Assembly: GCA_030141605.1 (NCBI GenBank)
Contig: JAQGDQ010000078.1
Location: 124,001-188,000 of the forward strand
Direction of reading: 5' to 3'
Source of the DNA: Tubiluchus corallicola
Taxonomy: Eukaryota; Animalia; Priapulida
DNA length: 64,000 bases
In this document: positions 26,201 to 38,200 of the stretch, piece by piece
How positions within the stretch are numbered: position 1 is the stretch's first letter
Layout of the letters: every line of letters begins with the position of its first letter
Program-made: the position numbers and the translations under genes
The notes under the pieces: generated by a model
The model's database searches: none
What the model was told of the DNA's origin: nothing
Seen by the model: only the letters and a program-made list of their open reading frames with translations

Positions 26201-29200
26201 GTTCAAATTAGGTTCAAGCTCACTAATAAATCCACTTAAATTTTTAGATTTTGCTTTACCAGCAACTACATACATGTCCCCAGTTATTCCCAGATTACAA
26301 AGTTATGTGATGATTTTTAGGGCTTTCGTGTTCTTAAACACGGAAACACGGCTGCCTTGCTGTCTGCTCAACATACATACTGCCACAACTTAGTCTGGCC
26401 AGCTGTTGGATTAAGCTTTGATTGGGTCTCACTATCCAGTTATCATTTAATTCGAATATGTGCACTAACTGTATTATGTACTCTTTAATGCGAAGCAATT
26501 CACAATTAAGGGTATTTAATGCCTACTCTTTGGTATTCTTTCGATAATAATTAACGCATAATATCATTTCACCAAAAATACCCCAAAATGATAAGCTACT
26601 TGATCCATTCTGAAATATTCTACTGTACTCATTGGCGTTGTGCACAGAAAGATGATACAATATTCTATTTTCAAATGTTGCAAGTATAGATAATGTGACG
26701 TATATTAGATCTCAGTTTGCAGACGTTTGATTTATCAGTGTTATAACTCACTGCAGACTATCTTATCGTCTATACTGCACAAAATGCTCTCTAAAGTCAC
26801 ACTGCCTCACTGATTAATGAAGCTCGTAAAGTCTCTTCGCTCATATGGACAAAGGACGTTTTCATTTACGCAGTAGCCTATTATATATATATATAATCTT
26901 TACTTCGTAGTATAGAAATGTATGTTAATGATAATTTATGACGGGGTTAATGGAAAAAATGAGTACTAATATTTTCATAATTATAATATTTGCACACTAG
27001 GCCTATATGCAAGACCAAATCAGTACTCAGTAGGGATTTTACACTGTTGCAAGATAACCCTATTAATATAGCTAATTGGTTATTGTCAAACCAACCTGAA
27101 GTACTCCACCCATCGCTAACAATGATTGCTTAACAATATTTCCGTCAGTAATAGTTTCTCTGTTTGCACTATTAATATATCGTCTCTTAAAATCATTTAG
27201 TTTTAATTTACATGACAGTTAAGCAGTAATTTTGTAATTTACATGACAGTTCAGTTAAGCAGTAATTTTGTAATGTTGTATTATAACTGTTTAGGACAGT
27301 TGGACGAAGTTCCCAAAATTCCATAAGGGTTTAACGGCACTAACCAAACTAGAGGCTGTATGATTGTGGGGGGGGGGTACATCTCGTAAATTTCATAAGG
27401 TTGTTCAACGTCATTGTTTTTGACAGTTATAGGAAGGCACGAATCACACCTGCTTCGATAGAAAGCCAAGATGTCATTGTTAGAGAATTTATAGTAAACT
27501 AAAATATTGCCTGTGGCGGTTAAAGAAGCAGCTGCTTTGCTGTTAGGATAGTACGGCCGATCAAAGTTGGTAAAGAATTTCGACTGCGCAACTTCTCATT
27601 ATTTTGATCAAAAAACTGAGTAAAGTATTCCTTCCCTTTATTCGGCGACTACAATCGACGCTCTACAGAATGCGATTCATATACGATTTTTGTCACGTAT
27701 CACAAACAAAATTGTTTAGTAAATACTGCAAAATTTTCTTCAACTTCTTCAATCGACAGCAATTTTTGACGATGCAACATTATTAAAAGTACCTTAAAAG
27801 TCATTGTCTGTTTCACAATTTGCATTCTAAAAACGTTTAACAAACAGTTGCACAATCAGGAGACAAGCATATATTTTATTGAATGACAGAAATTAACGTC
27901 AAACAAAATGTCAATCATTCTCAGTCAAGCTCTGCTGACTGCTCAATCAGCGGTCATATTTTTCACACACCCACAGAACCAGTTCGTTGCCTTGTCTTTC
28001 GGGACAATCGGGCTCATGAGCTGCAACTTCATATTACTGGTATATGTTATACTGTTACGAAAAACGCTCAACTTTTCATTAGTCGCGGGAGAAAAACCAG
28101 CCTGTTTTAGATTTTATTACAGATTGCCGATTGTCTGTATTGGCAGTTGAAATTGCAGGTGAATTAGTAGAAAATTATAGTCTAATTTCGTTTTTTATAG
28201 GAAGAAATGCTCACCGCTTACGTCTATGAGTTACTGGTTTTGTTATAAATAAAATGCGCAGTTTAGTTTAATGTAAGGCCTTGCAAGCTAGATAAAGACA
28301 ATTATTTGATTAACTTTAAAAAATACAAATTAACTTAACCAGGTCGTTTTAGGCCTATAATGTGATGCTGCTTTAATGATTACAAACGTAAAATGGTCTA
28401 CTCGAACAGAGGTGATAATGAAATTTGTAACTTTATATTGAAGTCTGAGTTAGCACGTATAAATGATTCAAGGTTACATACATGTAAAAATTATAGCTTA
28501 AGCACTTCTAAGTAGGTTAGCGCATGTTATTGTTAGCAATAATTGAAGCCTAGCGGCAGAGTAGAGCTCATCCACACGAATGCGTGACAACCGTCAGGAC
28601 TATCTGGTAAGCGAGCGCACTCCTAGAAATCCACACTCAGGCAAAATGTTTTCTTTCCTAGTCAGTTTTTATAAACCTCAATAAAGATCTTCACAGTTCA
28701 GATTAATTAAAATGTGGTCAAAATTTATGTTATATATCAAAGTAATATTTGTATCCTGAAATAGTCAATTTTATGATAGTTTTTTTGGTTATAATCATGA
28801 TTAAAAATGCCATTGGGAATTATGAGTTATGTAACTTGGGCAAGATCGTCTACAGAATAGAACAATCAAATTTATTCCATTTCTGTAGCCTAGCAAACAG
28901 TTGGAAAAATGCAAAAACTGAATAAAAGCTTGCAAACGACCACACAATCAGTTAAATGTAAAAAAAATACTTCGGAGGTATGAAGTGTTCGTATATTCAA
29001 AGACAATTTTCGTAAATATATTTTGTTGCCCATTTGTTTTAAAGCTAGGTTCAACTGGTTTTGTAACGGCCCGACTAGGTACTTTGAACTTTGTCGCTAC
29101 ATTCTGCTTAAATTGTGATGACATTTTTTGGCTACTTGAAGTTTTTTCGGTTCAAATATCTGCTGCTTTGCAAATTTGGTTAACGAAAAAGCACAGTCAT

Positions 29201-32200
29201 ATGTCCGCTAATTAGGCATTAGCTATCACGTTGTTTACTAAAGAGAGCTGTTGTTCATTGGGAGTAGATATCCTGAATGCCGCTCAGCGCGTTTACGTCA
29301 CGGCGGAGGCGCAGCGATAGACCAACACGCTTGACGTCAGTGGGATATCAAGGGTTACGTGACGATGATACACCTACAACCTTTATGATAATAATGATGA
29401 TAATAATAATAATAATAATAATAACAAATGGTAGCTCGCCGCTTAAAGTGAATTTCTCACACTCGACTGTAGTGCGACTTAAAAGCGAAGCCATTTGTGC
29501 ATTTAAAGTAAAAACAGTAAAATAAGTATACTTATTTCGAATTTTTGACACTGAGTTTGACACTGAAACCTGCTCTTCGCTAGTTTGTCACATGTTATGC
29601 TTATGATACGCCATCTTCTACAATATAAAACGTTTTAAAGTACTGTTCCGTCACTCTGTCTATGGTTTAAGAACAACGAATTATTTGGTCAGCAAATTCT
29701 ATTGTAAGTCACATATGGGTCAAACGTACTTACGATTTTATACTAGAATATTTAGGAGGTGATTTGATTTATTTAGGTAATTACTGTTGGCTTTAACTGA
29801 TTTCTTGTAATTTTAAATTTTGTATACATTTTTACTACATACATTTGAATGTCTTTATATATATATTTGTAGTTCTTTTAATGGTGCATGCCATATAGTG
29901 TTTCTCAGTTTTTAGTGTAAATTTCTAACTTTTTATAGCATTTTCTATGTACTGAAATAAATTTTAAATAAATAAATTAGTCTGTGCAAGAGTTGGAGAC
30001 GCAACTGGAAAAAAATAAGTAAGGCACACTGACGATTTCAGTTATTTATGCATGCATGCGTAGTGTGTGTTTTAATACGAACTTATATCACTTTATTTCC
30101 TTCTTTCTGTTACCAGTAAAAAGTATCTTTGCAAGACCTTACACAGTGATCCTATTAAAAAAGATAAGCGTGTACGCTAAATACTAGCGAATGACTAGAC
30201 TTTACTTGCGTTTTCATTAATTTTTGGCTAGCCTTGATGTCGAATTGTCTTTTCCATTTCAGATTTCTTCAAGGAAACCACTTAGTCGACTTCTCTACTG
30301 GCTTATTCAATGGTTTGAGCAACATGGTGTGGTTGTAAGTTATTATGTTATATAAAACAAGCGGCTAGTTTGATTTGCAAAAAATCGTCAAAATAATTGT
30401 AAAATTTTAAATTAAAGAAAATGACAAGTCATTTAACTTGTTGGGTTTATTTTACTGTTATCGCTTAAACTTAGAATAATAATAACAAAGAAAAGACTTG
30501 TACATTTGATGGAAATTGATAGCCGCTGCTTTTCTTCACTCCGATGAATGACATCATTGGTGGAAAATGGGCGTTCAAAATGGATGCGCCCAAGCGTGAA
30601 ATGCTCGCGACTTTAAAATGATTTTACTAATTACAGGAGGCGTCAATCACACTTTCATTACTAAGTATTTTTAACGTTTTTCATAAATATTAAAATAAGC
30701 TTAACTTCCAAGAAGGCTTGATCTTTCCTTTAATCAATTGGTCAGTTAATTTTCAGAAAGGCATACGCATCAAGGAAATAGGCCTGAACAGGACTATAAT
30801 TATTACATTCACTTGTCCATCATCTCAGTACATTGACCAGTACATAAATTCAAGCACAGTATTCAATGGTCAGAAAGAAACCAACACTTTTGTATTTTCA
30901 GAGACCTAAGAAATAATAACTTACAATTACAACGCCATGGCATGTTTCAAGGAGCAGAGAATTTGCAGTGGATGTGAGTGTAGTTAAAACGAAATTCGTA
31001 TATTCGGTTTGCATAAAAAACATAGTTAACTACTAATGTAGATGTACAGTCAAATCTTTATACTGCCAACTTTGAGACTGCGAAAAAGATGGCGTTATAG
31101 CGAGTTTGGCATTACAACGAGGTGGATTAATACTTTACATATCTGTGCAAAATTAATTTTGTTTTGCTGCAAAAAAATTGTTTGCCATTATAAAGGGGGC
31201 GTTATAACGAGGTTTACGAGTATGAATTTATAATCACATACTGTAACGTGTAACACGCTGTTAAACATACGTTTATAAAGTAATTAATTCTATTAATTAT
31301 GAAAACAGATCACAGTTAAAGACAATTAATTTCGATTAGTAGTAGTGTACTTGTACTTTTGCAGTACATCAAATATACTTCACTACCTAGACAAAACCAG
31401 ACTACTACAGTTTTGTAGAACTTTTAGATCCATCGATGTTTATGCTTGTATTTTTAAACCTAAAATGTTCGAAAATTTTAAGTCTTCGATGGTGCACAGC
31501 CTATGTATATAGGCTGCTATCATTCATTTCAGTTTATCAGTTATTGCAAACAGACTCAATTTTGATCTGTTTTACACATGCATTTATTATAAGGTAAAAC
31601 TTGATCTTTTCTGATAGAGAACTGGAGGAAAATGACATAGAAATTCTGACAAGTTCTCCTTTTGATGGAGCACCAAGCATAACTGTTTTGTAAGTAGAAC
31701 TTGACCGTGAACTTACGTAATAGATTAAACAGTACAGCTTAGCAAATAATAAATATAGCATCTGATAGGATAACTTTTCTTACACTTTGCATTTCCAGTT
31801 ATCTTGTAGTTTGTTCTACTAAAATTCATATTGTTGCAATACGTTGTTCTTTTGTTCAATTACGAGAAACAATGTAATATTGCCAATAACCATTATATAA
31901 CCTTTAACTTCAGATTGTTATTGAAGAACAATATCTATAAGATAAAACAGGACACCTTTTCGTCGCTTCCCAATTTAGTAGAGCTGTAAGTACAAAATTA
32001 AAGTTCTATTTCAGCTGCATATTCATTGTTCTTTTAATACACATCAATGTTTGTTTGCATTATTTCTACAACCTCTGCATGACCCTGTCCGCATTTTTTT
32101 CATGTTGTAAAGATTTTATGAAGAGGTCTGTTGCCCCGTGATGTTGTTGTTGCTTTTTGTTTTCGTTTCGTGCGTTAGGTAACAAATTTTTATCAGCTTT

Positions 32201-35200
32201 AATAGTGACGTCATGATAGAATTATTCTGCATTCTAAATTTTTATTACAAAAACGGATTCGTTATAATGGCAAATTGTGTTCTAAAAGACGCATTCACGA
32301 AAAAATGGGTTCAATGACAATGGTAGATGGTTTGTATGTCATATCAATACAGTTGAGCAGAAAAAACGCAGTACAGAAAAATTCAAAACTCAAACCCAAT
32401 GCCTCACATTTTAGAAAGATTATTTTAAATTTAACAACAACATTGTGCATTTTTCAGTACATAAAAAGCATTGACCTTTGTTTACTAGCTAGACCTATTA
32501 ATAACATTAGTCAGGAAACAAGGCTAATAATATCATGAGTCTTGCATAGTAAACGAAATGTTTTTCTTCAGCACAACTTTTGAAGCCAGTTGATTCATTA
32601 CCAGCAAAGAAAGACAAAATTTTGCACATTAGTAGCTGGAATATAATCCATAAAATTGGATGCTGGCATGTGATCTTTGCTTAAAATTAATATTCGCCGC
32701 GGTAAAACTGATGGAAGTTGCATTTGGCTAAACTTGATTTCTGTTCGACTGGAAGGCAAAATTACAGTAGAACTGCCCTGTAAGGCAAATTATTTTCTTT
32801 TGTGGAATCACTAATGGAATTTAACTATTGTACTGTTAAAATCGATTTGCAAATTAAAATCTCTTTGGCTTCCTGAATCTACGTGCAAGCTACATACTGT
32901 ACCAGTATCACATATTATTACACATTTTGTTTTAGAGATCTTTCAGAAAACAAGTTAACTCATCTCCATGAAGACTTGTTTGCTTTTAATGGAAAACTAG
33001 AAAGCTTGTAAGTATCCGTTAATTGCTAGGTTTTTCCTTAAAAATTACAGAGCAATACAGAGTGTCCCGTTAGTATCCTCAGATTCCAAATTAAAATTAT
33101 GAACCCAAGTAAAGTATGCAACAAAGTCTGACATTTTAACATTGAGTCACTTTGGCATTTTGATGTCAAAAAAGTAGCCTGTATGTTTCTTCCACAGTCA
33201 AAACCAAAGTTTTCGTCACCCTAATTCTCAAATCCAGACTTTGATACATTGTAACTATTTTATTTAATTATTATAGTTTTTAAATTACATACCCTATACA
33301 TACATACATATATATATATATCTACTAGTGAAATACTTCGTGGATATTATTTTAAACACAATACTGATTTAAAAGCGCAATTAACTGTTAGTATGCAGTC
33401 TGTTCTAGAGCTGTTATCTAAAAAGTGTATATATATTTTAGAGCATAGTTATTACTTATCCCTCTACTTTTTCATTATATTATAATATTTTGGGAACAGA
33501 GAATAGGAGGGCATGTTTCGAAACCAACGCCAAGTAACATCAAACCTGGGCTGTAGATGGATGAGTGACTGTCAAGAAACTGCTTTTGAGTGGCTCCATC
33601 TGTCGTACAATTAGGTTACTTGAGTCTTTGACCATAAATGTATAAACTTCAGAATGTGGCTTAAAATACCTCTCTCGATTCACTAACAAAATTATTCTTA
33701 ATAACGAGTTAAGGTCTGTCCGACCCATCTATATACAACATTAGTAACAAACTCTTTGCACGAACTGCAGGGTTCTAACTTGCGGAGTGCTAAACTGCGT
33801 AAAATACTGGGTGAATCTAAGTTTTCGTTTTCTGATTTCTGTAGGCATTTGGGTGGTAATCTACAACTAAAAACACCTTCCAAGATATTTTTACCATTGA
33901 ATCATCTACAATCATTGTGAGTACAAAATACCTAATTAGGCTACTGAAGCAATCATATTTTAATGTGTTTATAAAAAAATTATATGCTGCACAAGGTAGT
34001 TTACGTTTATATACACAGACTAGGCACTACAAATGACTGAAATAAGTTATTTTATCTTAATCATACAGGATGCACTATTCTTGAAATATGTCTACAATTC
34101 CTGCAAGATGTTTGCTCAATGTTTAGAAACCATGTCAGTTATACTTGCAGTCTTAACATTTAATAATATACAAATCGTGTGTAGCATGTATTCAAAAGAT
34201 TGTATACAAAATTACAAATAAGCTCTCCTGAGACTTGTTATATTTAACATAAAGTAATGCCTTTTATAGTCTCAGTGATTATATATTTTTATTTCAGAAG
34301 CCTTTGTCATAGCGGGCATCATCACCTGCAAATTACAGGTAAAATGTTAAAACAGTATGTACTACTGTAAAACAAGAACATTAGCAGCTAAACATCGATT
34401 GAAATATAATAAGTTAGAAAAAGAATAAAAAACCACTGCATAAGAAAAATCCAGAACTATACAGAAGCTAATTGTTTTTTTCTTACTGTGCTGTCTTTTT
34501 ACTCTTTCTCTAACTTGTTACATAATTATATTTTGCTTTTAATGTTCTTGTTTTGCACTGGTAAATACTGTTTAACATTTTATCTGTAATTTTCAGCTGA
34601 CGATGCCTACTAGGGCAAAAGATTCTGAAATAAATATATATAATCATTGAGACTATAAAGGGCACTGTGTTTTTCATGTTAAAGATATGACATTTTTGTA
34701 TGTTCTAGAAATCTCACTGGTATTCGAATAGATGATATTAGTGAAGAAATGCTTAAGCCACTGATCCGCCTGAAATACGTGTATGTAGCTGATTTATATT
34801 ACAACAAACTTTGATATGCTATTGCTGTATGCTGCAAACATTAATCAGTTTTTTCGAATCAAATGCTTGTCACGAACATTGCAGATTCATTAAGTTTGAG
34901 AACAATAATGCATTTTAACTCGCATCAACTAAAGAAATATTATGACTGTGTCCAAATAACGTTCTTCATATATCGCTTTAAGGAACCCATTACTTTGTTT
35001 CAGTTATTTTCGCACCTTTCATTACTGCAGCTTCGCAAAGCACGTACCTGTCTGTTTACCCAACACGGATGGGATATCAAGCCTGGAGCAGTTGTTGGCA
35101 AATCAAGTACTAAGAGTTTGCGTGTGGCTGATGGCACTTACAACTTGTTTGGGAAACATGATCGTAGCTCTAGGGAGAACGCTGATGAGACAAGAGAACA

Positions 35201-38200
35201 GGATTCATTCTATATTTATTAAGAATCTTTGTGGTAAGAACAATGCCAGTCTGAAAGCAGTAGTAACTGGATAAGGTGTCATATTAGATGAGAATATATC
35301 TAACACATTTGCTGCGTTTACTCCATTTGTTAAATTTCTGGCTTGCTGCAAATGTTGCCATATCATTTATATTCTGATAGGATGCTTAGTTGCTAAGATG
35401 CTATAAATTTACATCAAAATTTGATACAGAATAAAAACCATGACGATATTATTCAAAAATATAAGATATTTAATCTGATAGCTTTCGAGCAACACAGTGT
35501 CCATCATCAGTCAAGACATAAATAAACAAGTCTTAGAACTATTAAATAGAATGCACAGATAATAACAACAACACAAAATATGATTAAAACAAAAGCAATA
35601 GAACTGATATAGTACATCAGTTCCATTGTCTTTATTTTATTCATTCATATTTAATTGACGGTGACATTGTATGGTGTGAAAGCTATCAGATTAAATGTTA
35701 CAATTTCGAATAATATCACTACTGTTTATATTCTACATCACACTCAAATTTTCATTTCTGATTTACCAGTCACAACTTGTTTTATGTCAAAATTTGTTCA
35801 CTCTCTTGAAAGTTCATTTTGTAATTTGCATATTTACAGCATCAGATTTCATGATGGGATTATATCTGTTTGTAATTGGATCACAAGACCTGCGGTTTCG
35901 CAATGAATATAACCATTTTGCCCACACCTGGATGTCAAGCCTAGGCTGCCAGGTACAATAAACCATTTAGCTATAAGATTTTAGAAGATAATAATAATTA
36001 GGGCTGTAACAATACACCTATTTCACGATACCATACTAACCCCACCTATGATAATATTACCATACACACCGAGTTAACATTGGCAGGCTGTATGGTGCAT
36101 TTTCCACTAGTTCATATCTGCTGCAAGCCATTTCAGAAACTTCTAAGCGAAAATGTAATTATCCTATTACAGATTATTATAAACACATTGTGCCTTTGAA
36201 TGCTTCGCTGTGGGTGTTGGATGGCTGCTAGTCTGTCTGTCTCAAGTCTGCTAATGCTGTACTCACTGCATCAATTGTCATGTATCTACAACACATCCTA
36301 CAGCTGTAGCTTGAATTATTTCACACAGTTTTTATCAGTGGACAGTCGAGCACATGCTAAATATCAATGAATCACATTATCTCAATACCGGTGCAGTTTG
36401 ATGATACACGTATTATCACAAAAAGGTCTCACGATACATCGGTGTATCATTACAGGTCTAATAATAATACAACACAAAACAATACAAATATCAATTCTAA
36501 TGAAAGTTTTTTTCATTTGCAGGCAACTGGCTTTATGGCAATGTTATCTTCTGAAGTCTCCATTCTTATTTTAACCTATATGTCAGCTGAAAGATTCTTC
36601 TGCATTATCTGCCCATTCAGATTTCACAAAAAGTCACTTCGTCATACGGCGGCCATTTTGATATCAATATGGACAACTGGAGTCATACTAAGCACCATAC
36701 CTCTCTTATCCAAAAAACAGTTTGGCAATTTTTACGGAAGCAACGGAATCTGTTTCCCGCTACACATTCACGATTCACGCATGCAGGGATGGGAATACTC
36801 GGCTTTCATATTTCTCGGAGTAAATTTCTCTGCATTCACAGTCATCACGCTGTCGTACCTTGGAATGTTCATCAGCATCCACAGAACTCAAAAGCACACA
36901 TCTCTGTTTAACAGTGATATGTCATTTGCAAAACGCTTTTTCTTTATCGTGTTCGCTGATGCACTCTGCTGGATACCTATAATTATAATAAAATTCCTCG
37001 CATTAGCCGGTTACACAATTTCAGGTAGGTGTTCAATTCCTTCATTCTGCAGATAAACAAATATTTGTACGTCATTACACCATGTTAAAAACAGAATTAA
37101 TACTTTTGCGTCATACATACAAAATTACATTTGTGCTGGAGACCTAGGAAGCAAGCTTATATTAGGCCACCAGAATTAGTAGTGAAAAAATATTCAACAA
37201 CATGTTACTGATAGTTAGAAAGGATTACAATGGGTGTTAGTAATATTTCATAATTACGATATAAACTGAAGTACAGTACAATGAAATAAAGGTTTTAACA
37301 CATCCAAGCATTTGTGGAAGAGACAATTAAGACTAATTGATTAGACTATATACAGTTGTATTCTTAACAACATTACTTCTAAGTATATGAGACTGATAAT
37401 CAATCGTTACTTTGTCTCACTTGGTTTAGAATCCTCAATGTCCAAACGCTTAAAAACGACAAATGTCATACGCTTATAAAACAACAAGCTATGACAGTTA
37501 ATAGCTACTGTGATTAAATAAAATATGAAACAAAGTTAAAATGTAATATATCTTTTAAATTCTATGCAATTATAATGTCTCTTATTATTCGGGCTGGTGA
37601 TTTGGTAACTTGCACTCCTTTTGTATCCATTGGTTAAGTATAGTAACTCATGGATACTTCCCGTTATGACAGGACAGGTATTACTCTTCTTTAGTTGCTT
37701 GAGGAATCACATTAGTTGTTAAATAGTATGTTCATTAAAAACAAAAAGTGTTTGATGCCATTCCTTTTCATGGCATATAGTGCAGTTCTAACAATAGATG
37801 TGTTAAGCAAATAAGTTTTTCAGGTTAAACAGAAAATTCTCCAGGTGAAAAAGTAATGTATGTCTAGCAATTCGTGTGCTTTATAGTTCAATAATCATTA
37901 TATAGCATATGAAAGGCTTGGCATAAATTACTTCACAACTTCTACAATACAGAAAACCAGACAGGTAGCATGCATAAGTATACTGTCATTTTATACTTTA
38001 ATCACATCACATTTACACAAATAAAGGCTAGAATGTATTCAAGTTTGAACCATAGTGCATGCTTTATGACATTCTGTATTGTGTCCCAGAAAATTCAGAC
38101 CTGCTATAAAATAAAATTACAAGAACAAAAGATTTTTTTGCTTGTATATTAATGTCATCTTATGATCTACACAATTTACATTATTGTTATGTAATGCTGA

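Noticed and set aside
27883-28150. Two overlapping small ORFs in RXFP intron 7 (possible nested gene or alternative exon)
   Set aside because: No recognisable motifs and no convincing splice partners.
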